NCBI RefSeq assembly: GCF_000014265.1
Contig: NC_008312.1
Span: forward strand, 6,510,001-6,542,000
Direction of reading: 5' to 3'
From: Trichodesmium erythraeum IMS101
GTDB lineage: Bacteria > Cyanobacteriota > Cyanobacteriia > Cyanobacteriales > Microcoleaceae
DNA: 32,000 nt
The notes under the pieces were generated by a model. It did no database searches and was not told the origin of the DNA. It saw nothing but the letters and a program-made list of their open reading frames with translations. A program made the position numbers and the translations under genes. Positions 1 through 9,831 of the stretch are shown piece after piece (position 1 is the stretch's first letter; every line of letters starts with the position of its first letter).

Positions 1-257
1 TGGTTACCATAACCGTATTTTTTAAAAGTTATTAAATCACCTTTTTTCCATTGAGAGAATACTGACTTATCAGTTAATTTTTTTAATCGTGTAAGCTAAA
101 CCATTATTTTGTTATATCATTGAAAGCTATAAAGCTTCTTTATAAAACAAATACAGCTATTGACATAAGTATAAAAATCTAATGTTGACTTCCTACTGAC
201 CCTGAAGCGTCGGCAGTTACTCATCCACAAGCATTAAAGAAAAATAGAGTCAATAAA

Positions 258-285
258 CTGCCCTTTCAAGGTTTGGGAAAATAAA
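258..285 (+). repeat. Copy 1 of a dispersed ~25-30 nt motif (ctgccctttCaaggtttgggaaaataaa)
   Basis: The core ctgccctttNaaggtttgggaaaa matches 2012-2035 at 23 of 24 positions. Both copies lie in non-coding DNA. Confidence 0.6.
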
Positions 286-1381
286 CATTCGATTCATTTT
301 CAATCCTGATGCTGAGGGCTGCTAGGTACTACTAACTAATAACAGGACTTTAGTGAAAAAAATGGTAAAAAAAGGTATAAAATATATACATAGCAAGTCT
401 TTGATATTGATTAGTATAGCTACGAAAGTATAATAAAATTAACAATTCCAGTGGCCATGCCATGGCGTCTAGTTTCTATAAATAGTGCGATCGCACTATT
501 TAATGTATTTAAGACAAAATCTCAAAAAACTGGTTTGACAAACTATATAGGAGAATTGTTAAGAAAAAGCTTCCAGAAAATCTATCTTAGATATCAAACA
601 TTACATTCGGTCTGTCATACAAAAAACTACAGCATTTTTTAGTTCAAGCCAACTGTTCAGTAGAGACTGTCAATGAATGTCATTTCCCAGTGATGTGGGA
701 GTATCATCAAACAAAACCTTCTCAAGTTTATTTATGAATTATAGACAATGTCACAATCTAAAGATCAATAAAAACTGTCAACTTTATGTTTGGATAAAAT
801 TGGCGACGAGGGAAATTTAACCCTTCAAGCAGTAGAATTGTTTATACATTCTACCCTATTTAACTTTACAATTACTGATTGTAAGCCGGAAAATTACAAA
901 GTAAAAGTCTAGTTCATTCCTTCTATGGAGTAATTTTGTCTTGGCTGCAAGGCATAAAATACCAATTTTCATCGTCGCAACTTGCATCCATTTATCACTT
1001 TGATATCTTACATTGTTATTTGCCTGACCGAATGCTTCCAAAACCCATAAGGAGCAACAATAGTATCCACTCTCTCATTTTAAATTTTTACGTCCTACCC
1101 CACGAACTTCTCCCTTGTCTGGAGTCTCTCGGCTGAGGTGGAGTTATCTTGGAGGGGTAAAGCTGCTACATAAATCTAATGACTCCATAAATGCTTTCGG
1201 AACCGTTGAATTATATATTTTCCGATACGGAGATGGGCAAAGACAATATAAAGAGCAAAAGTATGTAGACCGTTTCCTTAGCTATCATTTTCCAAATCTG
1301 AATCAGAACATCATTCGCTGGAAAAGTCAATATCTCAACCAAGTCATGCCCTGAAAACTTCTGTCAGCATATTAGTTTGGC

Positions 1382-1738
1382 TCACCTATCCATTGAACAA
1401 CCACAATTTTTCTCTTCCAACCATTGTTCTCCTAACTGTTTGAGAGCTATTATTACTGGTTGTATTTGTAGACCTTTCTCCGTCAGAGAATATTCAACAT
1501 GGGGTGGCACTTCTGGATATGCCCGCCTTGCTAACAAACCATGCTTTTCAAACTCTCTCAGTCTTAACATCAGAGTTTTTGAGCTAATTCCTTGTAAAGC
1601 TTCTAATAATTCATGAGTTCGGCGATCGCCACTTAACAACTCTCGCAAAATCAACACTGACCACTTGCACCCTAATATTCCTAATGCGAACTGAATCGGA
1701 CAACTGTTACTTAAACACGGTACATCTGTCATTTTCAC
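1382..1738 (-). CDS. HxlR-family winged-helix transcriptional regulator
   Basis: 118-aa ORF with the family hallmark CPIQFALGILGCKWSVLILRELL. It is followed by ISSKTLMLRLREFEKHGLLARRAYPEVPPHVEYSLTEKG (recognition helix and wing). The ORF-track start at 1738 is GTG; an ATG lies two codons downstream (1732). Confidence 0.85.
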   Translation of the reverse strand: MKMTDVPCLSNSCPIQFALGILGCKWSVLILRELLSGDRRTHELLEALQGISSKTLMLRLREFEKHGLLARRAYPEVPPHVEYSLTEKGLQIQPVIIALKQLGEQWLEEKNCGCSMDR

Positions 1739-2011
1739 ATCTAATTTTAAAGTTTCATTTTATTGTAACTCTTAAAAATTAATTTTTCTTTAAAAAGAGC
1801 TTTTTCTACTGAAAAAACACAATTTTTTACTTTCTGTAACTATAGCTAATATCATATCCGGATAATTAGTACTCAAAAAGCATATAATATGATTTATAGT
1901 AAGGTTTGAGCTCTTAATGCCTATGGGGAGCAAGTGCAGCAGCTATATCGTCAACTTCATACAACCAAACCCATTGAAAAGAGCAAAAGACCAAAAATTA
2001 AGATCTCAAGC

Positions 2012-2041
2012 CTGCCCTTTTAAGGTTTGGGAAAAAATAAA
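2012..2041 (+). repeat. Copy 2 of the dispersed motif (ctgccctttTaaggtttgggaaaaaataaa)
   Basis: Near-exact match to 258-285. It lies in the divergent intergenic region between the HxlR gene (start 1738) and the histidine kinase gene (start 2089). Confidence 0.6.
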
Positions 2042-2088
2042 TTTAAATATTTGAAGCTTTTAGCTTCTACCGATAACTAATAACTAAA

Positions 2089-3231
2089 ATGACTGAAATT
2101 TTCAAAGCAACTACTCAATGTAATTTAATTGATCATGTTCCCGTTGGCTTATGCCTACTGCGAGAAGATTTTGTTGTTCTATATTGGAATCGTTGTCTAG
2201 AAAATTGGACAAAAATTTTTAGGGATGACATCATAGGTAAAAATCTTTTAGACTTTTTCCCTCATCTCAAACAACCCAAATATATAAGTCGTTTCCAGCA
2301 AGTTTTTTTCGGGGGATTTCCTGCTATTTTTTCTCCTCAGTTGCACCCTTCTCTAATTCATTGTTTCCTACCGCATAAACAAAAAGCGATTCAAAAAACT
2401 ATCGTTAATGCTATTCCTATTGAGGATACCAATAATTATTATGCTTTAATATGTATTCAGGATATTACTGATTTTGATTTAACAGATCGTATCCAAAGTT
2501 ATCAAGAAAAACTGAAACAACGCCAATCAATACAAAGAGAACTAGAACGTTCTAATGCTGAATTAGAAAATTTTGCTTACCTTGCTTCCCATGATTTGCA
2601 AGAACCCTTACGAATGGTTACGACTTTTACTCAAATGTTAGGCCAACGTTACAAAGATCAATTAGATGAAGATGCCAATCAAATTATTGATTTTGCCGTA
2701 GATGGAGCTATCCGAATGCAGTCCCTGATTAACGATTTACTGTTATACTCAAGGGTTGGTAGACAATCCCAATTCTTTGAGCAAACTGACTGTGAAGAAG
2801 TTTTAGATACAGCATTAAGTAATCTTCAGTTGTTGATAGAAGAAACTAATACCCATATTTACCGAGACCCCTTACCTACTATTATGGCGGATAAGTCCCA
2901 ATTAATTCAACTATTTCAAAATATCCTCAATAATGCGATTAAGTATCGCAGGGAAGAACCACCAAAAATTGAAATAGGTGTTCGTTCAGAGGATTACTAT
3001 TGTCTATTTTCGATTAAGGATAATGGTATTGGTATTTCTAAACAATATTTTGAGCGAATTTTTATGATTTTTCAACGGCTACATACTAGGCAAGAATACC
3101 CAGGAACAGGCATTGGATTAGCAATATGTCAAAAAATAACTCAACGTCATCAAGGAAAAATTTGGTTAGAATCAGAATTAGGAAAAGGTTCAACATTCTA
3201 TTTTACTATTCCTCAATATGTGACAGAATAA
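2089..3231 (+). CDS. Soluble PAS-domain sensor histidine kinase (HisKA + HATPase_c)
   Basis: 380 aa. N-terminal PAS-like region of about 125 aa, then a coiled-coil linker. H-box FAYLASHDLQEPLRMV (phytochrome-type HisKA), N-box QNILNNAIKY, G1 DNGIGI, G2 GTGIGLAICQ. No hydrophobic TM stretch is visible. Confidence 0.9.
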   Translation: MTEIFKATTQCNLIDHVPVGLCLLREDFVVLYWNRCLENWTKIFRDDIIGKNLLDFFPHLKQPKYISRFQQVFFGGFPAIFSPQLHPSLIHCFLPHKQKAIQKTIVNAIPIEDTNNYYALICIQDITDFDLTDRIQSYQEKLKQRQSIQRELERSNAELENFAYLASHDLQEPLRMVTTFTQMLGQRYKDQLDEDANQIIDFAVDGAIRMQSLINDLLLYSRVGRQSQFFEQTDCEEVLDTALSNLQLLIEETNTHIYRDPLPTIMADKSQLIQLFQNILNNAIKYRREEPPKIEIGVRSEDYYCLFSIKDNGIGISKQYFERIFMIFQRLHTRQEYPGTGIGLAICQKITQRHQGKIWLESELGKGSTFYFTIPQYVTE

Positions 3232-3285
3232 ATATATTTTTTAGCCTATGTTATAAATATAACACCTGATTTTGCAGCAAAAATA

Positions 3286-3720
3286 ATGAATATAAAAAAT
3301 AACGAAATTAATATTCTTTTAGCAGAAGATAATCCAGGAGATGTTTTTATTATTAAAAAAGCTCTCCATCAAAATAGTTTGCCTTGTAAATTAACTCAAG
3401 TATCAGATGGAGAAGAAATTATGAAGTTTCTCTATCAAGAAGAAAAGTATATTAATTCTACTCGACCTCACATAATTCTACTAGATTTGAATCTACCTAA
3501 AAAACATGGCTTTGATGTCTTGAAAGAAATTAAACAAGATCAAGCATTAAAGTTTATTCCTATCATTGTATTAACTTCTTCTAAATCAGAAAAAGATATT
3601 ATTAAGAGTTACTCTCTTCATGCTAGTTGTTATCTGACTAAACCAGTTGATTTGCCAGAATTTATGGCAGTAATGCAATCTTTAAAAGAGTTTTGGTTTA
3701 AATTTGTACAACTTCCTTGA
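3286..3720 (+). CDS. Single-domain response regulator (CheY-like receiver, Rcp1-like)
   Basis: 144 aa. Acidic pocket ILLAEDNPGD, phospho-acceptor in IILLDLNLPKKHG, conserved T (VLTSS) and K (YLTKP). It starts 54 nt downstream of the kinase on the same strand, so it is probably the cognate partner. Confidence 0.9.
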   Translation: MNIKNNEINILLAEDNPGDVFIIKKALHQNSLPCKLTQVSDGEEIMKFLYQEEKYINSTRPHIILLDLNLPKKHGFDVLKEIKQDQALKFIPIIVLTSSKSEKDIIKSYSLHASCYLTKPVDLPEFMAVMQSLKEFWFKFVQLP

Positions 3721-4250
3721 ACCTCTAAATATTTTTTTATACTAAATCCGGTTTACTTGTTTTATTTATAAAAGCAGATAAAAGCTTAATAGAGAACAGA
3801 ATAAAATAGTTTTGTTCCATAAAGGGAGAAATTACTGTATAAATATTCAATGATTGGTATAAAAAGCTGAACTAAATAATGGTCTGTCAGTAAAACTCCC
3901 TCGTCTCAGCCCAAGTCTTCCTTCTTGATAAGTAATTGTTCTTATGGATGAGCCTATCGACATCAAAGGGTAAATATAATATTTTGCCTATCTGAAGAAG
4001 TGATAGAAAAGTTGCTCAAACTTAAAAAAAAACACAGGGTGTCAGGGAAAATCTAACAACTATATTGACGTAGTTATTCTTATCTTTTGATTGTTCAGAG
4101 AGCTTTGTTAAGTTTGCTGAGACGATAAACAAAAGCTTTTTGAGAATCTATATTTTTTTGATTGAAATAAATAGATTTATAGCTATTTTAATTAAGATTG
4201 AGACAAAAATTGAGTCAAATTACAAAAGTTAACTAGAAACTATTTTCAAC

Positions 4251-4373
4251 AATGCCTTACAGTTTAGATTTCAGACAAAAAATAGTAAATTTTGTGGAAA
4301 ATGTTGGTGAAATTACGGAATATATTGATATCTTTCATCACGCAGAATTAACTAATGTCAAATACTGTCAATA
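4251..4373 (+). pseudogene. Possible remnant of an IS630-family transposase N-terminus (40 codons, then stop)
   Basis: Translation MPYSLDFRQKIVNFVENVGEITEYIDIFHHAELTNVKYCQ*. It resembles the M(P)YSxDLRxK(V/I)V N-terminal HTH start typical of one IS630 subgroup. No DDE domain follows. Confidence 0.35.
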
Positions 4374-4680
4374 ATATGAGATTATCAAGCAGTATAAAAA
4401 AAGATATAAAAGAAAATCTAGAAGCTAAATTAGCAAACAAAGCTAAAAAAATAGAGTACATTCTATTCCAATACTTTCTGCCTTTTTTATGCCTTGAAAA
4501 AAATAAAAATAACTAGCAAAAATAACTTTATAAAGAAATATATAAGAGAGAATAAAGTATAATCAAAAATAATAAAAGTTAATCAAAAAATATGGAAGTA
4601 AAAGCCTTGTATTTTACATATAATTAGACTCAAAAGATTTTCAAACTATTATACTCTGGTTCCAAAAACCGAACCTACAC

Positions 4681-5646
4681 CTAATCTAAATCTTCAATGA
4701 CACTGAGTAAACCATCAAAAGAACCTACTTTAAAGAACAAAATAATATCCCCTGTAATTTGTAAATCTTCAATATCAAATTTTGCCTGAGCTAAAAGGAC
4801 AGAATTATTGGGTTCCTCCATTGGTAATAGCTGTGCAATATCTTCCTCAGCATAACAAGGAACATCATAGTAAATTTGTTTATATAACTTATTTCCTAAA
4901 GACCCCATCACACCATTAATGACAATATTCCCTACTTCAGTTAATGTCCCAATTTGGACAATATCCAAATCCGCATTTTCTAGGTTTTTTCCAGTGAGGA
5001 CAGCAACTAGATTAGCTGCACTTTCTCTGGGAAAAACCAACTTTGCCGAACCAGCAAAATACCCCTTAAAATCTAATTGTATCGAAGATAATTTATCGTA
5101 ACCTAAACGTTGCCTCAATACCTCTTGTACTTCAACCTTTGCTAATAACTTTAAGAAAGGTACTTGTAGATTAATTTGAGATTCTATCATTTCGTTTAGC
5201 ATTTTCGCCCCTTGGCCAATACCGATATTAATTAACTCAGTTAAAATATCTAGTTGCTTGTCTGTCAGATTTACCACTTTATTTTCCACTGCTTTGAGTG
5301 CTTCAGAAATTGCTTTTATAATTTCAAGAGGTTTTGGGGGTTTTTGTAAGATCATAAATGCTCCTAACTCTTCACATTGAGTTCGGGTAGTATCTTGAAT
5401 ATCTGCTGATAATACAATAACAGGAATTTTAGAGCCTTTCTTTTGAAGTTCTTTTAGTACCCCAAAACCATCAAGCTCTGGCATTAACAAATCTAGAAGA
5501 ATACAATCAGGAGAATTAGTGGCAACCATTTCCAAGCATTCTTGACCATTACTAGCTTCTATAATTTTATGGTCATCTTCTTTGATAGCTTTTTTGACCA
5601 TCCGACGGGCAAATGCCGTATCATCTGTAATTAAAATTAAGGCCAT
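4681..5646 (-). CDS. Response-regulator receiver fused to a CheC-like CheY-P phosphatase domain
   Basis: REC: ILITDD, ILLDLLMPELDGF, IVLSAD, LQKPPKP. The C-terminal domain carries two CheC-type active-site motifs. The first is DILTELINIG...(22 aa)...P, which fits D/S-x3-E-x2-N-x22-P exactly. The second is TLTEVGNIV...(22 aa)...P, which has E-x2-N-x22-P. The ORF-track start at 5751 is TTG. The ATG at 5646 (MALILITDD) places REC at the N-terminus and is preferred. Confidence 0.85.
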   Translation of the reverse strand: MALILITDDTAFARRMVKKAIKEDDHKIIEASNGQECLEMVATNSPDCILLDLLMPELDGFGVLKELQKKGSKIPVIVLSADIQDTTRTQCEELGAFMILQKPPKPLEIIKAISEALKAVENKVVNLTDKQLDILTELINIGIGQGAKMLNEMIESQINLQVPFLKLLAKVEVQEVLRQRLGYDKLSSIQLDFKGYFAGSAKLVFPRESAANLVAVLTGKNLENADLDIVQIGTLTEVGNIVINGVMGSLGNKLYKQIYYDVPCYAEEDIAQLLPMEEPNNSVLLAQAKFDIEDLQITGDIILFFKVGSFDGLLSVIEDLD

Positions 5647-7334
5647 AAATTTTGATTCACCACTTATTACTAAGCTTGGATTATACCTCATCGTGTTCTT
5701 CAGAATTAATGTAGTGGATTTATACACCTGATCAAGTTTAAGTTGGGTCAAACGATAGTAAAACCTAACAATAGTAAGTATTTTTTTTGATTGACAGATA
5801 AAAATTAGCTTATTATTTTTGTATTCAAATCATTCAGGAGAAATAATTATGCGGGTTTCAAACTATTACTATATTTAAATATCTTGCTTTTGCCTTTATT
5901 TGAGTATATTTTTTAATGGTTATTAGTCAGATAAAACTTAGCCTTGAATTAAATTATAATCAATAAAAAATTATGCTACTATTTACTAATATTAGATAAT
6001 AATAACAGCTTATAAAACAAAAATATTAATTATATTTACTCAAGCTTATAGTTTAATTAATTGACTAAAATCTTACCTAGTTTTAATCACAAAACAAACT
6101 ATTATACAAGGATTAAAATTTATTCTTTTTACTATATTTTTGTCAAAAAAATGATGTTATCTTAACTAAAAAATCGGAAAAATAAAGTAGATAAGTCTAT
6201 AATTACTATCTATTTTGACTTAATATAGAAGTTTTAATAAAAATCATGACTGTTGGCATAGCTATTGTAAAATGACACTTTATTAATTTTTTTTTCGCAT
6301 ATTTCATTATTTATATTATGTAGATTATTCAATTGATGTAATTGTTAAAGTAGTTAATGATCATGAACAAATATTTGAACCAATAATTAAATTATTGGAT
6401 AAATTTTTTTTACTATGAAGACCTTAAATATTAGAGAAAATACTATAAATCCAACATTATTTTCACTATTTATATTATCAATATTATAAATATATCAAGA
6501 TACATAATAATATTTTTTACGAATTTTTTTGGAAAAAGTAAATGGTTAAAATTTATCATTTTGTTAACTATTTATTGGCTAATTTTTTAGCAAATTTTAC
6601 TTTATACAGATCAATATTTTTCAAAATTGGGGATAGGAAATTAGATAAAATAACAACAATTAGTATATAATGCAGATATCAATTTAACCGAGAGGTTTTA
6701 AAGTAATAATTTAAGATGTTAGTCATCTTAAATTGCTGATATTTTAATGCCATATTTTAGATAAAATTGTTTAAATAAAACATATTTTTAAAGGTATTGT
6801 AAGAATAATTATTTATTTATTTAATTTTGGAGGCATAATTACTATTAGCTGTATAAGTATTTTAATCTAATTTTTCAAGTTTTTTCCTATATATTTGATA
6901 CAGCAATTTTTTTATGTAGTTTATGCTCACAATTAGTACAATAAATTTTATATATAATTATAATTAATTGTAAAAATTAAGTTCACCGCCATTTTAACCA
7001 TACTGAATTCAATTTTTAATCAAAGCACCCAAACTATGTCATAAATTGATTTTAATAATTTAGTATTTCTTGCTATACTTTAAATATTCAAGCTTTTAAC
7101 TACAATAAAATCTTACTGTTTAACTAATTGATGAGGATATTCTCATGGGAAAGCTTCTATTTGTTTGACAATATTTTGTGTATATCTTTATTCTAAAATT
7201 CACTAAAATATGAATCAAACAAAAAAATATCTTAAAAAACTTGTAAAAACTCAGGAGGAAAATAGTTTATATGCTGGCTGTTTTCCTTTCACCGTTAAAT
7301 CAAGGATTATAACGGAAGTCGCCAACAGCTATGG

Positions 7335-9740
7335 ATGAAAATGGAAATAGATGAAGATATTCAAGCTTTCCTAATTGACAGCTATGAAACTATTAATAAG
7401 CTAGAGAGTGATTTGGTAGCACTAGAAAAACACTCGATAAATCCTGAGTTGATCCAATGTATTTATCGTTCGCTTCATACTTTAAAAGGAAACAGTGGAT
7501 TTCTCGGTTTAGATACCCTTCAATCTTTAGCTCATGCAGGGGAAAATTTATTGGCCTGTTTGCAAGATGGTAGAATTATTATCACTCCTGAGATTATGAA
7601 TGTTTTACTTCAGGCCATTGATGGGATTAAACAAATTCTCTACTGTCTTGAAACAACGGGAAAACAAGGAGATTATAACTATAACTCCCTCTTAAAGAAT
7701 TTGGCAAGTATCACCTCATCAGAACAGACTGAAAAAGCCCAAACAGAGGTTTCTTTAGACTATGAAGATTCTTGGCCTCAGTTGGAAAAAGTAGACAATT
7801 CTTCTCAAAATTTGAGCACCACTGATGCTCAACAGACAGCCTTTGTTGAGGAACAAGCACTCCCTGAAAAAACCGAGCAATTATTGAATACTTCAGAGAT
7901 TTCTTCAACGCTTCCTTTATCAGGAAATCTCTCGGAAGATATACTAACTACTAATTTAACTGCAAGTATCTCAGGTAATTACATTCGAGTAGATGTACAA
8001 CTGTTGAATCAATTGATGAATTTGGTGGGGGAGTTGGTCTTATGTCGTAACCAAGTCTTGGTATTTAATAATAGACAGACTGATAGTGTTTTTGGTGATA
8101 CTTCCCAACGTTTAGACTTAATAACAACAGAATTACAAGAAGGGTTAATGAAAACTCTGTTGCAACCAATTCGTAAAATTTGGAATAAATTTCCTAGAGT
8201 AGTGCGGGATTTATCTTTGTCCTTAGGCAAAGAAATAAATTTAGAAATGGAAGGAGAAGAAACGGAGCTAGATAAAACCTTAATTGAAGCTATTTCAGAT
8301 CCCCTCACCCATTTAGTGCGTAATTGTGTGGATCATGGTATTGAACACCCAGATATTAGAATTAGTAAAGGTAAACCACCTATCGGTAGACTTTGGTTAA
8401 GAGCTTTCCATGAAAGTGGTTATGTCAATATAGAGATAGGGGATGATGGGAGAGGAATTGATATAAAAAGGATTAAAGCTAAAGCTCTTCAGCGTCATAT
8501 TATTACTCATGAGCAAGCATCCTCTTTAACTGAAAATGAGGCATATAATCTGATTTTTATTCCAGGATTTTCTACTGCTCCAAAAATCACTAATATCTCA
8601 GGACGTGGAATAGGGATGGATGTAGTCCGAAATAACATCGAAAAAATTAGTGGTACTATTAATATTTCCAGCCAACTAGGTCAGGGAACTACTTTTAAAT
8701 TAAAAATTCCCCTGACTTTAGCTATTATCCCTACCTTAATTGTTACTACTAATGGCGATCGTTATGCAATCCCCCAAGTTAGTTTATTAGAATTAGTACG
8801 TCTGGAAGGGAAAGATGCTAAAAAAAAGGTAGAAATGGTTCATGGTGCCCCTATTTATCGATTGCGGGGTAATCTTCTGCCTCTTGTATATTTAGATAAT
8901 GTACTACAATTGGAAGCAAATAAGTCCCACCGTTATCCTTTGGCCACTCCCTGGTTAGAGGGTGTAAGTCTCAAGGGACAAAGTGATAACCTTGATATTC
9001 TCAATATTGTTGTTGTGCAAGCCGCGCATCAGTCTTTTGGTTTAGTGGTTGACGCTATTAATGATACTCAAGAAATTGTAGTTAAACCTCTAGGAAGACA
9101 GCTCAAAAAGATTTCTTGTTTTGCTGGAGCAACAATTATGGGAGATGGAAAGGTAGCATTGATTTTAGATATTCAGGGACTAGCTCAAACTGTTCATCTT
9201 GTTTCAGAAGAAAAAGATTCCTTGATAATAGCGCTAGAAAGTGAACCTCAACAAGCTTTTGATGAGTTGGAGATGTTATTGTTATTTTCTGGACCTGCTC
9301 ACCGACGGATGGCTATTGCTAGGTCTAAGGTTGCTCGTTTGGAGGAATTTCCCATTAGTTCTGTAGAGCATGTTGGTAATCAAAAGGTGATTCAATATCG
9401 TGAAAAAATCTTACCTTTGATTTATTTATCAGAGTTTTTTGCTACAAATCAATTATCTTCTCAAAGCCAAAATGTTCCTCAATTATTAACTATTCAAGTG
9501 GTTGTAGTAGTGATAGATGAGGATAATTTAGTAGGATTTGTGGTGGAGCAAATTATGGATATTGTGGAACAAGAAATTAAGATTAAATATGCTGCTATTG
9601 AAAAAGGAATTGATTATGCGGCAGTTATTCAGGAGAGGGTGACAGAAATTTTGAATGTGGAGGAAATAGTTAAGGTGGCTAATTTAAAGTTTGATAGAAA
9701 TTTTAAAGAGCAATTGTCAGACAAACAACTGGCAACATGA
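7335..9740 (+). CDS. cheA: Chemotaxis histidine kinase CheA (Hpt, dimerisation, HATPase and two CheW-like domains; no receiver)
   Basis: 801 aa. Hpt with phospho-His context SLHTLKGNSGFLG. Dimerisation region IRVDVQLLNQLMNLVGELVLCRNQ. N-box HLVRNCVDHGIE, G1 GDDGRGID, G2 SGRGIGMDVV. P5 CheW-like domain RYAIPQVSLLELVRLE...KVALILDI. A second CheW-like domain follows: LLLFSGPAHRRMAIARSKVARLEEFP...VTEILNVEEIV. Confidence 0.95.
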   Translation: MKMEIDEDIQAFLIDSYETINKLESDLVALEKHSINPELIQCIYRSLHTLKGNSGFLGLDTLQSLAHAGENLLACLQDGRIIITPEIMNVLLQAIDGIKQILYCLETTGKQGDYNYNSLLKNLASITSSEQTEKAQTEVSLDYEDSWPQLEKVDNSSQNLSTTDAQQTAFVEEQALPEKTEQLLNTSEISSTLPLSGNLSEDILTTNLTASISGNYIRVDVQLLNQLMNLVGELVLCRNQVLVFNNRQTDSVFGDTSQRLDLITTELQEGLMKTLLQPIRKIWNKFPRVVRDLSLSLGKEINLEMEGEETELDKTLIEAISDPLTHLVRNCVDHGIEHPDIRISKGKPPIGRLWLRAFHESGYVNIEIGDDGRGIDIKRIKAKALQRHIITHEQASSLTENEAYNLIFIPGFSTAPKITNISGRGIGMDVVRNNIEKISGTINISSQLGQGTTFKLKIPLTLAIIPTLIVTTNGDRYAIPQVSLLELVRLEGKDAKKKVEMVHGAPIYRLRGNLLPLVYLDNVLQLEANKSHRYPLATPWLEGVSLKGQSDNLDILNIVVVQAAHQSFGLVVDAINDTQEIVVKPLGRQLKKISCFAGATIMGDGKVALILDIQGLAQTVHLVSEEKDSLIIALESEPQQAFDELEMLLLFSGPAHRRMAIARSKVARLEEFPISSVEHVGNQKVIQYREKILPLIYLSEFFATNQLSSQSQNVPQLLTIQVVVVVIDEDNLVGFVVEQIMDIVEQEIKIKYAAIEKGIDYAAVIQERVTEILNVEEIVKVANLKFDRNFKEQLSDKQLAT

Positions 9741-9794
9741 AAGGTGAAACTTCTCTGGAAAATACAGCAATTCTTAGAAAAGGAAAAAGCACTA

Positions 9795-9831
9795 GCAAAA
9801 ACCAATAAACATAAGTTTTTGCTGGTTTTCC
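9795..9831 (+). terminator. Weak hairpin plus T-tract between cheA and cheW (possible attenuator or terminator)
   Basis: gcaaaaac (9795-9802) pairs with gtttttgc (9815-9822) around a 12-nt loop, followed by tggttttcc. The stem is A/U-rich and therefore of low stability. Confidence 0.25.

Noticed and set aside
1-104. Open minus-strand frame at the window edge (…LTDKSVFSQWKKGDLITFKKYGYGN)
   Set aside because: The frame is closed by a stop after the only ATG. It has no ATG, GTG or TTG start within the window, so a gene start cannot be placed and no family was recognised.
451-1354. Small ORFs 451-642, 856-1041 (-), 936-1136 and 1115-1354
   Set aside because: They overlap one another, show no domain signatures I can recognise and have no clear ribosome-binding context. 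The region may be decayed sequence, but I cannot support any call.
7711-8308. Minus-strand ORFs (65 and 99 aa) inside cheA. Similar antisense ORFs lie at 4919-5101 (in the REC-CheC gene), 23782-24060 (in pcrA) and 1377-1616 (opposite the HxlR gene)
   Set aside because: Each is fully embedded antisense in a strongly supported gene, and none has recognisable domains. This is typical of spurious ORFs in A/T-rich DNA.
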